Below, piece by piece: positions 24,941 through 37,594 of a stretch of 64,000 nucleotides of DNA. Positions within the stretch are counted from its first letter, which is position 1; each line of letters opens with the position of its first letter. The position numbers were made by a program, and so were the translations under genes. The notes under the pieces are model-generated. The model saw nothing but the letters and a program-made list of their open reading frames with translations, did no database searches and had not been told where the DNA came from. This stretch comes from Lama guanicoe (taxonomy: Eukaryota): the NCBI GenBank assembly GCA_013239625.1, contig MU055549.1:6885693-6949692 (forward strand). The letters are read 5' to 3'.

Positions 24941-27900
24941 CAAGGAAACCACATGCCTTGCCATCTTGGTTGTCTCTGTGCCAACTTCCAGCATAAATGA
25001 GACTTAGAAAATTTCCAGGCCACTAGCCGTTCTCATGGCCTGATGTTTTCTTGATACTTAGAGAATTCTGCTCTCGTGAAAGCGTGTGTTTGGGGAGGAA
25101 ATGCCTCTGCTTAGCCAGAGCCCCAAGCCGAGCAGCTCCCAGCAGAGCGGCTGCAAGACTCCAGAAGCCTGGGCCAGGCGGGGGCCTGGTCTGATCATCT
25201 GGACTGGCTGGGTGGGTTCCTTTAGGCCCCTCTTCCTACAGGGATTTGGGGTAGTTCCCTAAAAATCTGGAACACAAATAGAGCCATAAAATTGGATTTA
25301 AAAGGAAAAGCAAATGTGCCAGCCTTGAAAGACAGTCGTGGAAGAGGGAAGTGGGAGGCCCTGTCATACTTCTTGTCTGAGACACGTGCCTTGGGGAGAC
25401 GTGTTTTGTCCCAGAACGATGCTGAGAGGAAGTGTCATCTGAACACTACGCTTAGGATATGGGCTGACCAAGGAGAGGTCCCCAGCAGCCACTGCTCCCC
25501 AGTAAACACAAGGCAGGCTGGTTCCGACAGGTGGACACCAGCGGGACCTGATGGTCAGCCTCTGACTAGGCCTGGCGTTCCCGTTCTGCAAGGGGCAGCA
25601 GTAGTGATGGGCAGTTGTTACAAAGTGCTTTTGCCTCCCGTCTTAGGTCGGAACCACCGACAGGGATCTGGTCCCAGAGATGGGGAGGCTCTTGGGAGAA
25701 ACCTGTAGGAAGTGAGGGAAGCAGGACAGGGAAGAAGCCCTCAGCCTAACCAGGGGGCGCCCCGCAGTGTGAGGAGCACCTGGGATTTGACCCCCATGCC
25801 TGCCGAGGCCTGTGGCGGCTCCAGAACCCGTATCAGCCATTCCCGGGGGCGGGCTGCCCCCAGGAGGACGGGACAGGGGACTTGTTAGAGCCAGAGCTCA
25901 GGTCAGGAATGGGCTTCAGTGGAGAGGCCCCAGGACCCCTGCTTCTCATCCATTTTCTCGTGGGACCCTTGCATCAGCCGAGGGAGGCAGCCGGGCCAGC
26001 AACAGCTGTTCTGTTTTCCAAGTGAAGGGACTCTGTCAGTGAGCCCAGACTTTGGACCAGTCCCTCTGACCCCAGACCCTGCATCCTGTGCTGCTCCCCG
26101 GGGCCACACGCACCACACTCCCGTGGTCTTCCCAGCTTTGGGGGCCGGAGGGGCCCAGGGAGACGGGAATGAGGAAACCAGCCTGTCCTCCTTAGGGTAA
26201 GACAGCCAGGAGAAAGGGCACCCCCACAGCCTTGCCCTTGGCCCTGAGCTGCCCCAGGCTGGCACAGGGAGCCCGGGCACTTGGGGAGGGGACAGAACTT
26301 GTGGCCAGAGGGTTTGTGGGAGGGTGGTGGTCAGCTTATGCAGAAAGGTGGGGCTGAATCTGTTGAGTTAACATGAGTTTCCTGAGGGGCGATTTGGTTT
26401 TCAGCTCGCAGCTAAGGTAGAGGTGCCGTCAGCTGGTGAGGGGCTGTGTCCTCTCCGGCCTCGTCACAGTGTGTGCGCACAGGGCCAGGCCCTCTGGGTG
26501 CTCTCAACACCCAGGTCTGATGGGCTTCTGTCTGCAGTGGGGGCTGCACAGAGTTCCGCCAAAAGCAGGGACCTCTGTCTCAGTCCCCAGGATCCAGCCA
26601 GGGGCCTTCCACCCAGAAGGAGGGTATAAAAGCAAGTATCTGCTCATAAAGGCCACACAGAAGCAGGGGCCATTGCTCCTGGCTGTGAAGCCCTGGAGAG
26701 ACGGGGTGGGTGGGCTGAGACTTAGCTGGCTAGACCTGAGGTCTGGCAGGTCTCATGGAAGCAACTTGACTTTCAGGGGCTCCATTCCAAAGTCACCCCA
26801 GACTGTAGGACTGGGGTGCTGAGTGTATCTCCAGCCACTAGCCTGAGCCCACATGGATGGTCTCCTCAGAGCTTTGTTACCTGGGCAGGCCTGTGCCCAA
26901 GTAGGTGGCCCGTCTCCAGGCCAGGGCTGGGCCTCAAGAGAACAAGAATTTGGCGTAGAGGGACTGTGTCCCGGAGCAAACACTTCACCCTGGAATGATG
27001 TGTTCACATAGTGCTTTGAACTTGTTAGCAGCTGTGCCGCTTTCCCTAGACATTTTTGAGGGCGCACGGGCCTCCAGGCCTACAACAGGCCCGTGCAGCA
27101 TTCTTCTGTGGGAGCTGGGCTTTCTGGGAGCGAGAGCTGCCAGGAGAGGCTGGGCGGGACCCTGCCCCCAGGGCGTGGTGGGCACAAGGCAGCCCTGGAT
27201 GTTGGCACAGGATGGGCTCGCCGGGGATGGCGCCTGGGCAGGACACACACTGCCCCACTGTGGCCATCACATTCCTCCCTGGCAGGTGAGGCGTGCCACC
27301 GGTTGGGACATTCAGCAGGTGGGTCTTGGTTTTCACTGTGGCTGAAACAGCTGAGTTTAGAGTCAACAAAGTTTTCAAGGTGACACTAGCTTTACAGCCC
27401 AGGAGCAGGTGCCTTTGAGGACTGTCAGAGGGTCGGGCTCAGTGGCATCCTGAGATTGGCTTGTGACAACATTCACCAACCAGACCTGGCAGCTTCTTGC
27501 CCTGCTGCAAAGCAGAAGGGACTCAGTTATTCCAGACAGAGTGGGGGTGACCCAGGTGCCCTAGGCCCACCTCTTATTCGTCAGGTTGGAGGGTCTTGTC
27601 TGAAGCTGTCACACCCAGGTGTGGCAGAGCTCAGGCCTGTAACAGCCTGTCTGGCCTCGGCCCTCTCCAGGGCACACTTGAGGCAAAAGTGACATCTCTG
27701 AAAGTTTGCAGCAAACTGGGTTCCCCACACCCTGCTGCTGGTGTGAGCGACGTTTAACATGAGCAGTGCCCAGACACACACGCCTGTCATATCTGCCATG
27801 AAGTCAGGCGCCCCCACCCCCCTGCGCCTTAGTTAATGCACGAGGCTGGGTAGGACGGGAGGTGAACACAGATTCGGGGGCACTTTCTGTTCGGGTTGAC

Positions 27901-29689
27901 CCCAGCACTTGCCCCCGTTTTCACGTTACAGCTCACAGGAGACGGGGACACCTGCTCAGCGTTGTGGCCAGCCCCCAAGGGCGGCGCACGTCAGTATCTT
28001 GGCATAACCTGTGAGCCACCTGCACACATCGGGTTTATCCTGGATGTTAGTATTTGTAACAGGAATCACACTGCACTCGCAGAAATCCTTACAAACACTG
28101 CTTCTAAGGGCAAGAAACTCTGCCCAGCTGCCAGGGGCTGGGCTCTGCCTCCCGGGGCCTCGTCTGCTGAGGCTGGGGGTCGGCGCCTTGCCCGGGCTGG
28201 GCCATCTTCCCTCCTTCTTGTGCCCCTACCTAGTTTTCCCATTGCCCTGGCTCTGGTCTAGGTCAGTCAGGGGAGTGGCTGGGAGGCAAAGTGGCCTCAG
28301 AGACCCTCCCATCACAGGCGTCTGGGGCCTCTGCCCGCCCAGCATCAGGTCTGTGTTCTGACCTGGGATCACCCAGGATCTTGGGGGCTGGTTTGCATGA
28401 GGAGCTGTCTCCAGCCCTCTGCTGTGGCAGCGGAGGGAATGTGCACTGTGCAGCCTGGGGCCTCAGTGAGCCCCATGGTAGCCCAGGGGGAGGCACCACA
28501 GGGGTCCCTGGTCTGGTGAGGCTGAGGCTTGGGCTCCCACCACGGCCTGGGCCAGCATCTCAGGTCTAATTGGTGGCCCAGCCCTTCTCTCCTCAATCCC
28601 AGCGCTTTTTCCCAGAGCTCCCCCAGTACCCCAGCCTTCCTTTCTCTGCTAATCAAAAGACTGCAAGACAAGCAAACCCATCAGAACAGTTTCCTCCTGG
28701 TGCAGTTAGGAACAGTGAGTGTGTGCATGCAGGATGGCCACCTTCCTCCAGAGAGAGCGCCTTTTATTTTCCATTTGCTGAGCCTGTTTCAGCAGCTTGT
28801 TTGCCATGACAGCTGGTGGTCATCTTTATTTCAAAGTGACATACAAACACTCCAGCCTGTGAAAGGACCCGGGGCCCTTGGGACAGGCCTGTGATCTTGG
28901 CATTGGCAGGCATGCGGTGCTCCCCCGTACCCCCAGCACCCTCCCCAGTCCTGTCCGGGGAAGCAGCCAAAGCTCAGATTCCTCCCTGCTGTCTTTGCCG
29001 CGCATCTCTTCTGTCTTGTCCTAGAGAAGGGACTGCATTGCTACCGGTCCTGTCGGGGGTCAGTGGGGCTGGGCCGTGGGCGCCCTGGTCGTCACAGTTC
29101 TCTGTCCCAATTTTGTGCTCCACTAGGAATGCAGGCCTTTAACTGAATCCACTTGTGCACAGTGCTGGGCTTGCTCCCTACTATGAGTGGGTGGCCTCAA
29201 GCACCCTTGGGTCATGTTCAAGCTGCGCCTGCTGCTTGGACAGGCCCCAGGCTGCCGCCTCCTCCAGGCCAGCCCCACGCAAAGGCAGTGCTTGGCGGGC
29301 GGGGAGCTCTTTCCAGCCATGTTCTTTCACTGGGGCCTCCAAGGGGAACAGGCAGGACCATCACTACTCGCCTGCTGAAGATGAGGCAGTGGAGGCCTAG
29401 GGAGGCTGAGGGGTCTGCCTGCGGTCCCAGCTGTGGGCCTGACCTCTCCTCCAGCAGAGCTGCATGTCCCGCTGCCTGCGGGCCTGTTGAGGGCACAGGA
29501 GCCCAGGACTTGCGTGGAGGCCAGCCCACTGGTGGCTGTGACGTGCACCAGATTGGACGTCGGCTCAGCCCTCCTGGCCCACGTCCCTCTTGCTGTCGTG
29601 GGGAGAGGGTGGCACGGGCACCATGCCCCTTTGTGCAGCAGTGCAGCCTGGCAGTGTTTCCATTTGGGTCAGCAAACCCACGCCTGCAG

Positions 29690-30095
29690 TGTTCCTTTAA
29701 TGGCCAGAGTGTCTTCCCTCGTCTGCAGAGACATGCTTTACGGGATCATTATCACAGGGAATTTGGGTCACTCTCTGCTCTTTCAGTTTAACGGTGTGGC
29801 AGGGAACATTCATGTCTCCGAATTTTTGCGTGTGTCCAAATTGTTTTCTTCTGATAAAAATCCTAGAAGTGAAATTGCCTGATGAAGGCATCAGACCCAT
29901 TTTCAGCAAGGCTGTGCGTGAAGGGCCCTGAGCCTGACCCCGCCCCCACAGCGCCCCCAGACCCGGGCGCTGCCCACCTTGTGCCGTTTGCCAGTTTATA
30001 AGTGAGTAACTGCATCTTGCGTTTCTGCACTCACATGGTGTTTGTTGGCCAGGCGTATTTCTTCGTGAGTGAGCTTCCATTAGCCCCTTTTCCTT
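29690..30095 (-). mobile_element. Degraded L1ME-type fragment
   Basis: gataaaaatcctagaagtgaaattgc, tttgccagtttataagtgag, tgtttgttggcca...tatttcttc. Confidence 0.55.
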
Positions 30096-30249
30096 GCCTC
30101 GATGGTGGAGGAGGCCAGTCTTCCACTGCCTGGTGGTCCCACTGGCGGATAGTTCCAGAGGCCCTGGCCTGGAAGGTGGGGTGCACAGTCCGTGGGTTTC
30201 AGGAGGGGAGCGTGACTGTTGGTGACCTGTGTGCCTGTCTCCCCCACAG

Positions 30250-30612
30250 AACTGTCAGACCTTCAGCAGCCTCAGCTGCCTGAGCGCGGGGATGGAGGAC
30301 TGCGGCCCCCACAGCCCCTTCGCCCTCCACGCCAGCAGCACCAGGTCCTGGACCACCTTGCTCTCGGCCTCCGGCACAGGGGGCAGGACCCCCGCCGGGA
30401 CCCCAGTCCCCGAGCCTCTGCCCCCGTCCTCGGACGACCACCTCGCCTGCCGGGAGGAGCTGTGCTGTGAGGAGTCAGGCGGCTGCGCCCTGGACGAGGG
30501 CTGCGGCAGGCGGGGGGAGCCGGCCACGGCCTGGCGGGACCGCGGGGCCGCCCGGAACAGCCCCTGCTCCCTGGACGGTGAGCTGGACATTGAGCAGATA
30601 GAGAACAACTGA
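30250..30612 (+). CDS. FAM53B: FAM53B (Simplet) terminal coding exon, 120 aa + stop, phase 0
   Basis: Acceptor tgcctgtctcccccacag|AAC at 30249/30250. Translates NCQTFSSLSCLSAG...GGRTPAGTPVPEPLPPS...CSLDGELDIEQIENN*, recognised as the FAM53B C-terminus including the FAM53-family terminal ELDxEQIExN motif. Convergent LHPP next door matches known synteny. Confidence 0.96.
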   Translation, partial: NCQTFSSLSCLSAGMEDCGPHSPFALHASSTRSWTTLLSASGTGGRTPAGTPVPEPLPPSSDDHLACREELCCEESGGCALDEGCGRRGEPATAWRDRGAARNSPCSLDGELDIEQIENN

Positions 30613-33600
30613 GGGGCCTCGGGCCCTGGTCGGGGGCGGGTTGGGGGTGTGTGTTAGAATCGGCAGGCCTCCCTCCGCGCACATGGCGAGCCCTCGCAGG
30701 GGAGCCCCACTCCTGGGCCTGATCAAAGCTTCCTGGAAGGCACTGGGCCAGGGAGCGAGCCCATGGCCTCCCGAAAACGCTGTCCCGCCTGCGGCGTCCT
30801 GGCCCAGTGCCAGCCCCCCAGCCAGGCCACGCAGTGGGGCGCCTCAGCCTCTCACCAGCACGGCAGCCACGGTCCACGGAACTGCTGTAGCCGAGAGAAG
30901 CTTCTTGGTTTCAGTCTCTTTCCCCCTTTTCTTGTGGGACCTGGGCACAAGCATCCCAGCCGGCCCCGCTGGGCAGTCCCGTGCGCTTCTAGCAGGGCTG
31001 GCCGGCTCCGTGTGCTCACTCCCAGCCGGGGCTTCCTCCTGGGCTCAGGTCCATCCAGTGGTGTCAAGGCCCTCCTTGGCCTCCTGCTCAGGTTCAGTGC
31101 TGGGGAGTTGGCCCCGCAGCTTCCTTCTTCCCTCAGTTGTATTCCGTGCCTTCTCTCCCAGGTCTCCCTGCTCCAGGCTTGGGAAGGGTCGGGAGAGGCT
31201 TCCTTCCATAGTAACATCAGAACCATTTGGCCTTAATTCCGAGTGTGGAAGACCGAGGCCCTGGGGTGCCAGGGTGGCCTCCACATCTGGACTCTCTGGC
31301 GAGGGTTCAGGGAACAACTTGGGGTGCTCGTTAGAGGCTGTCTAGTTGGGTACAAATTTGGTGATCTGTTGGCTGAAAAGACAGGCCCACCAGCCCCTCC
31401 TGTGGTGTGAACGCCTGGCCCCGGGGTGCTCTGCCTCTCTGGGGGCTTCTTTAGCAGGGTTGGCAGCTGGCAGCCATTCTCCGTGACTAACCTGTCACTG
31501 AGCGATGAGCTTGGTGGATTCGGGTGAGTGGAGAGATGTCCCCATTAAAGGGTGATCTCTTGAAAACATCCTCAGGAAGCAGGTCTGTGCAGGTGCACAA
31601 GCCCAGGCCCTGCACTTGTTTCTGGGAGGGTGTCTGCCGGCCGCTCTGGGGGTCCCTGCAGGATTCCAGGTATGTTCTCATTGGTGGGGAGTGGTCAGCT
31701 GGGGGAGCAGGGGCTTTTAAGGGCTCACACCCTACCTGGCTCCTTGAACCCCAGCAGACCCCCCAGCATCAACAAGCAGACTCAGCCCCAGAGATTTCAC
31801 TCCCAGACAGCTCCTCTCCACACGGGCTCTGCTCTCTTGGAATCCGGCTTTTAGCAACTTGACATCTTCCGCAGACAATAGCAATTGGGTCGGCTTATGA
31901 GCAAGTGGCTCCTTCTCCCATGAGGCTAAATATAACTGCACTCTCTTGAGTTGGCTGCCTCCTGACAAAGGTCCGGGTCATTTTGCTCTTGCTCATCTCC
32001 CACTGGCCGCAAATGCCTCACTGCTGCAGGTTGAGTGCACGTGGGTCCCACTTTCCACTGAAGAGAGCCCGTATTTGGGAGACTTCACTTAAACTTTCAC
32101 TTTTTTACGTCAAAAGTGCGGTGGCTCAAGTTCTGATTTATAGTTGGCTTTTCTTAAAAATCAGCCATTAGATGCTTGCAGAAAACCCCAACACCACGGC
32201 CCCCCGAGATTGTGATGACAGCCTCAGGTTATAGAGTGTAATAGGTATAGGGTGCTGGGCAGGTCCTAGGAAAGGCATGTCCCCTGGGGACCCTGGAGAG
32301 CCAAACCAGGGAGCTGGAGGCTCTGGGTGGATAAAGACATCTCACCCAATCCCCACTGATGGGTCATGGAGACCGTGTCTCCTTAGAGCTGAGCTGGAGG
32401 AGGCTGGGGCAGCTGTTGGGTGGCGTCCAGCAGCGTATGAATTCAGAGAGCACATGCTGGTACCTCTCGGCTTCAGAAAGTGGTGTGGCCCACACCAAGA
32501 GTGCCCACAGAGGGACCACGCCCTGGATAGCATCCTTCCTGTGGAAGGAGAGGCAGGGTCCCATCTCCCTCACCCATGGAGAGGGACAGGGGCTGAGCCA
32601 GGATGGGCCTGGGCCATGGCTCCCAGAAGCCTTTGCTCAGGGCCAGGAGGGGAAGCACATGGTGGTGGGTGTGTGTCACAGGGCTGTGGTCCAGGTGACG
32701 CCCTGGGGCCTTGCCAGGCACCTCCAGCCAGGCTGGTCCTATTGATCCAGAAACCCAGCCCCAGGGTAGAAAGGATCCCAGCCCAAGGCAGGGTGTGGCC
32801 CCTTCCAGCCTCCTCAGGCCTCTCTTGGCTATTCCTGGCCCCACGGTCCCTTCTCAGAAAGAGTGCCCTTCAGGGGGCTTCATGTCTGTCTTTTGATTGA
32901 AGAGAGCAGACCCCATCTAGTGCTGCACACGGCCTGAGGCCCAGCTAGGCTCTGCTCCCCTGGCACCAGGACCTCTGGTCTTGGAACTCTTGGAGGGCGG
33001 CCCTCACTGATCCTGTGGGGCTGTCCCAGGGGGCAGCAGGCAGGCTGGTGGGCTCACCCTGAGCCTCACTTAAGCTGGAGCCCTGCCTCTCGCAGCTGAT
33101 GCCCATGAACTCCTGCCTCTGAGAGGAGACTGAGAAAGTTCAGAGCCAGGAGGGAGGGCTGTGCCGGGCTGTCTGCTTGCCCAGGGGCCCTGAAGGACAA
33201 GAGCAGGGTTGTGGCTCCAGGAGAGCTGGGTGGGGAGGGGCTCCCTGTCACGTGGCATCCCCGCTCACTCCAGAGGGAGCACCTGCTAAAGCCGCCGGCC
33301 TAACAGGCTGCTGCCAGTGGGGGCCGCACCGGGATCAGGGCCGCAGCCTTGCCGTTTACATTACCGCAAACCCTCTTGCCTTACTCGCGGTGGGGGCTGG
33401 GCCCGGCGCGTGGCCCACAGGCAGACACAACATCCAGGCCACAGGACAGCTTTTCTGATCATATGTACGGATCTTCATTCTCAGAAAGCCTTACTTTTCA
33501 ACAAAATTTTTGTAATAGGAAAGTTTTGTGAATTTGTACGCCGAAAGAAAAGTTAAAGAAGTCCCCGTTAGAAAAACAAGCCCAGTGTCTGGATGGGTCT

Positions 33601-34356
33601 CCAGTGCAGGGGTGGTTTGGGCGTCTCCGCCTCCGGCGGGCACTGCCTGAGCCCTCAGCACGCCGCACCCTGGGTGCCCTGCCCTGGGCCCAGCCAGCTG
33701 GCCTCCAGTCGTGTGCGCCCCAGCCTCGGGGCCGGTCACCTGAACGATGACCGCTTTGGGCTCTGCGGCCTGGGGCGCGAGCAGTCCCCCTAGCGCTGGG
33801 GCGCAGCCCAGCCTGGCAGGGCCTCCGTGTAGACAGCGGTGCCACACCTTGCCACAGCCACACAGTTGGTCAGATCCCTCCCACTGGCGCCAGAGAAAAC
33901 ATGCTTCTTTAAAGAGAAAAGAAAAAAAGATTAAAAAAAAAAAACACAAAACTCAGACCGCAGCGGAGCTCTTGTAGCCTAGGTAGGATAGTCTGCCCTC
34001 CTAGCGTAGTCTCTTCGGCAGATAAATTGTGTTTCAGTGTTGGGGGCGACGTCCTGGGGGCGCGGTGGCAGGGAGCCGGCTGCCCCGGGCCCTGTGTGCT
34101 TTCCCAGCTGTACCTGGTTGGCTTCGTGGAGCTTGAGGAAGGGTGGGGGCCAGGACTGGCCGCACTGGGCAGTCCCGCCCCGCTCCACCTGGCCCCGCCC
34201 CCTCCACCCGGCTCCGCCCACCTCCGCTCCCGCTCCGCCCACCGCAGCCTGTCCTCCGCGCAGGCCGTGACTGTCTTGCACTAGAGCCGCTCTAGTCTCT
34301 CAGGAATTTGCTTGTTACTTTTACTGTGTAAATAAAGCTTCCTGGTTCAGTACCCA
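30613..34356 (+). other. FAM53B: FAM53B 3'UTR (~3.7 kb); cleavage position approximate
   Basis: Runs from the TGA to AATAAA at 34331. No recognisable transposon inside; AT-rich blocks near 31850-32170 and 33450-33580. Confidence 0.85.
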
Positions 34357-34396
34357 ACCAATGGGAGCCGGCTGTGTGGTTTCTGTTGAGTGTGGC
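34331..34396 (+). terminator. FAM53B: FAM53B polyadenylation signal and downstream GU-rich element
   Basis: AATAAA 34331-34336, preceded by a U-rich stretch and TGTA; CA about 20 nt downstream; tgtgtggtttctgttgagtgtgg at about 34374-34396. Confidence 0.85.
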
Positions 34397-35809
34397 AGAT
34401 TGATGGCCCCCCCACGCCTGTGGGACCGTTGGCTCTGGGCTGGCCTGGGCAGGGCCTGGGCCCTCTGTCCCCTCCGAGCCTCAGGGTCGGGTCGGGTCGG
34501 GAAAATGGGGAGCACGGGCTATCGGGAGGCTCAGATGCAGGAGGCTGTGAGCGACTGTGATGGGAGAACCGTGATCACGGGGTTCCCAGCACCAGGGCAG
34601 TCAGCATGTGTTTCGGGTGGAGGTCCCTGCTCCTCACTCCAGCCAGGAGCCAGGGACCCCAGGACAGCAGAGCCAGGACACCCGCTCTGTGTGACTTCTG
34701 AGTCAGGAACAGTGGAGGAACCTGCCTTTCCCAAGCCCTCGTGAGGACATCAGCTCAGCCCTCAGCAACACTGAGGCAAGGGCGCCCAGCGGTTTGCCCC
34801 AGGTCGTGCTGTTACAGAGAGCCTGGCCTGGAGCCCCGCGGGGCCACCTGCCCACCCAGGGTAGCTGAGCAGGTGGCACAGGCTGGGACCCCACGCCCCA
34901 TGGAGGGCAGCATGGCTCAGGTGTGCGCTGCTCGGGCCGAGGGGACGCCCGTGTTCACAGCCCAGCCCAGACTGGGCTCAGGGGCACATGGACCCTGCGC
35001 CTGGCCCCCAAGTCAGGGAGCCCTCGCTAGCCAAGCTCAGGAGACCAGGACTTTTGCAGCCTCGAGGACAGGCTTGGGGAGGCTTACTTAATTTCTGTAA
35101 CCCAAGGTTGGCCCACATAATCTGACCACAGAGTTTTTGCCTAGAGATCTTAATGGTCCTGAGGACGCCCCTCTGGGAATGAGACTCCAGAGCGCTCAGT
35201 CCAGACTCTTCCTGTTTGTTTTCTATTTAGCAGTTTTCTTTTTCAAACAAAATGGCCTCTGGATGTCTAGTGCACATAGCAGGTGAAGCCAGGCTGCTAT
35301 GGCTGAAGCTGGGGGTGGTGAGAGGAGCCCCTACCCCTTCCCCCAGCAGCCTTTCAGCTCCAAGGCCCAGGGGTCCAAGGCCTCATGTCCCCCATGACTG
35401 CAGGGGAGGCTCCCACATGCTGCCCACCTGTGGGGAGGACACGGAGTGGCCCCGATGGACCTGCAGCCCTCAGAGTCCCTCACCTGCCCCCACCCAGGTC
35501 CCTGGCTGGGCTCAGTCTGGTGCTGGCCCTGTTGTCAGGGTGCAGCCTGGGTAGAGCAGCCCCTCCCCGGCTCAGCTCGCCCCGCGGTGTCTCCTCCGTG
35601 GCAGAGGGAGGCTGGCACCTTGAGCCTCTGGGCCTAGTGCCACTGAGGGCCACCTGCATCTGACACGAGCACTGTCTGTGGGCCGCCAAAGCCTCCTCAT
35701 GTGTAGACAGGACTTGTAACGCTCAGGCTTAAATGAAGAGAATCAACACCTAAAACCGCTAGTACCACACTAGACAGTTCTGTCCAGTGTGTGTCAAAAA
35801 CATTTATCT

Positions 35810-35950
35810 TCGTGTGGAAAAAGGGATGAAAGGAAACACTCAAAATATTAACAGTGGTCAGGCTCTGAGTGACTTTTTGGTTCTTTTTTATACTTTTCTG
35901 TTGAATTTCCTACAGTAATACATATTGCTTTTATAATCTTAAAAAAAAAT
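35810..35950 (+). mobile_element. Old L1 (L1ME/L1MC-type) 3' terminus with A-tail, intergenic
   Basis: aaaatattaacagtggt...ttttatacttttctg...ttcctacagtaatacatattgcttttataatc + A-run. Confidence 0.65.
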
Positions 35951-37129
35951 GAAACTAAAGGAAAAAATGAGATACAAATTGACCCGTCTGTTTATCATCT
36001 AAGGCAGGGCAGTTCTGAGTGGGGAAGCTGCAGCTACGGGATAATCACGCTGGGGTGGGAGGTGGCACTGGGGCACAGAGCAGGCACACACATGGGTCCC
36101 TCCTCACCTCTGTGCCCCTTCCCTCCTGCCAGCTTCCCTGCGAGGAGCAGGAATGGCCCAGTGCGTAGGCTGGGCCTTTGGAGGGAACTTGTTCAACCTG
36201 ATCTGAGGGGGAGAGAAGCGCTGAAGCTACCTGGGCCCCGCGGTGGGTGTGCACCTGCTGGGAGGGCTCGGACCCCTCAGCCAGCTCCCAGCGCCTGTCA
36301 GACGGTTGACAGCGTGGACCTCCCCTGCGTTCCCGTCCCCCAGGTGCCATCCCCTCTCTTCTCATGGGAGTTTGGGTGGGGCTGCCTTTGCCCTGTCCCG
36401 AGGTCAGTCGGGAATTTCTTGGGACCCAGATGGACTTGGAAGTCACATGGGATGAAAAACTCTTGCTGGATTAACTGGGTTTGAATGGGGTTTTCACGCA
36501 GGCTGGTACATTGTGTACCCTCAAGTTGGAAGATCTGGAGGTAGGTGAGGCCCTTGTGTCCCCAGCCTGCCCTCCTCTCCACCCCGCCCACCCGACCCCT
36601 TCTGGCAGTGGGTTTGCTGGGTGCCCCCCGAGCCTGGAACGTTCTGCTGGCCGTGTGGCAGATCTGGGTGCATCTCCTGACCACAGACAGGTCCTTAGGC
36701 CACTGCCTACCCCGAACTCCAGCCCTACCTGTGGTCAGTGGCTCTGTCTGTCCCTGGCCTGAGAACGGTGCCCACCCTGCTTAGGGGTGTGGAAGGAGGG
36801 TCTGCCACAGGCTGGAGCTGGGCAGCTGGAAGGACCCAGGGGTGAGGGAGGTCAGCCTCACTTCTGGGCAGCACGGCCACCCTGGGTGGCAGCAGGACAG
36901 GGGTCATCATCCCCAGCCACGTGACAGGGCACCCTGGTGTGGCCTGGCCCCTGACAGCGCTTGGCAAACGCCTGTAGAGGAAAGGGTGAGGTGGCTGAGG
37001 TGCAGTAGGGCTGGACCTCAATTTTGTCTCCAGAGAGAGGATACCAGTGTGCCAGCTCACCTGGAAAGTCACAGCCACTGGGGCCACCACAGGCCACATC
37101 CCCATGGGGGGATTGTGGCAGGGACTAGA

Positions 37130-37280
37130 AAGGGCATTGGATACAGGGTTAGACCTTGATACATGCTTCAGCTCTGCCCTTGCCAGTTGTTGGGCCAAGG
37201 CAAGTCACTTTCTCTGCACCTCAGTTTCCTCATCTGTAAAATGGGGCAACAACAGTGTCCATGTCACTGAACCCATAGCT
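37130..37280 (+). mobile_element. MIR SINE
   Basis: ggcaagtcactttctctgcacctcagtttcctcatctgtaaaatgggg. Confidence 0.85.
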
Positions 37281-37594
37281 TGGCGGGGGTAGCATGTTCT
37301 CTGCCCAAGATAGGGGTTCTGTGCCTGCTGTCCCTCTGACACCGTCTCTGTCCCCACTCCTGGGCAGCAGCCATCAAGGGGAGGCTCCACTTGACCACAG
37401 AGAGTGAGACCACCAGCCTCCTTCCTCCAGGGCTGCACTGCCCTGGCTGCAAGCCCCTGCCAAGGACAGCAGGAAGGGGCAGCCCACGAAAAAGGAAAGA
37501 AAGGGAAAAGGAAATAAACCGAACAGAAGGCTGCGGCCAGTCCCCGCACAGTCACTGCCCTCCGGGCCCCGGTGAGCAGCTGCCCACTGCATGT

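Larger units (their letters stand above)
1..30249 (+). other. FAM53B: Distal part of the last FAM53B intron
   Basis: No upstream FAM53B exon recognised in the window; ends in polypyrimidine tract + CAG; L1 fragments lie antisense to +. Confidence 0.85.

Noticed and set aside
30229-30249. ORF-track N-terminus MCLSPPQ of the 30229..30612 ORF
   Set aside because: This is the intronic polypyrimidine tract and acceptor; the exon starts at 30250.
30255-31345. Long antisense and overlapping ORFs (117, 201, 234 aa) around the FAM53B stop
   Set aside because: Shadow ORFs of a very GC-rich exon and UTR; no recognisable protein features.
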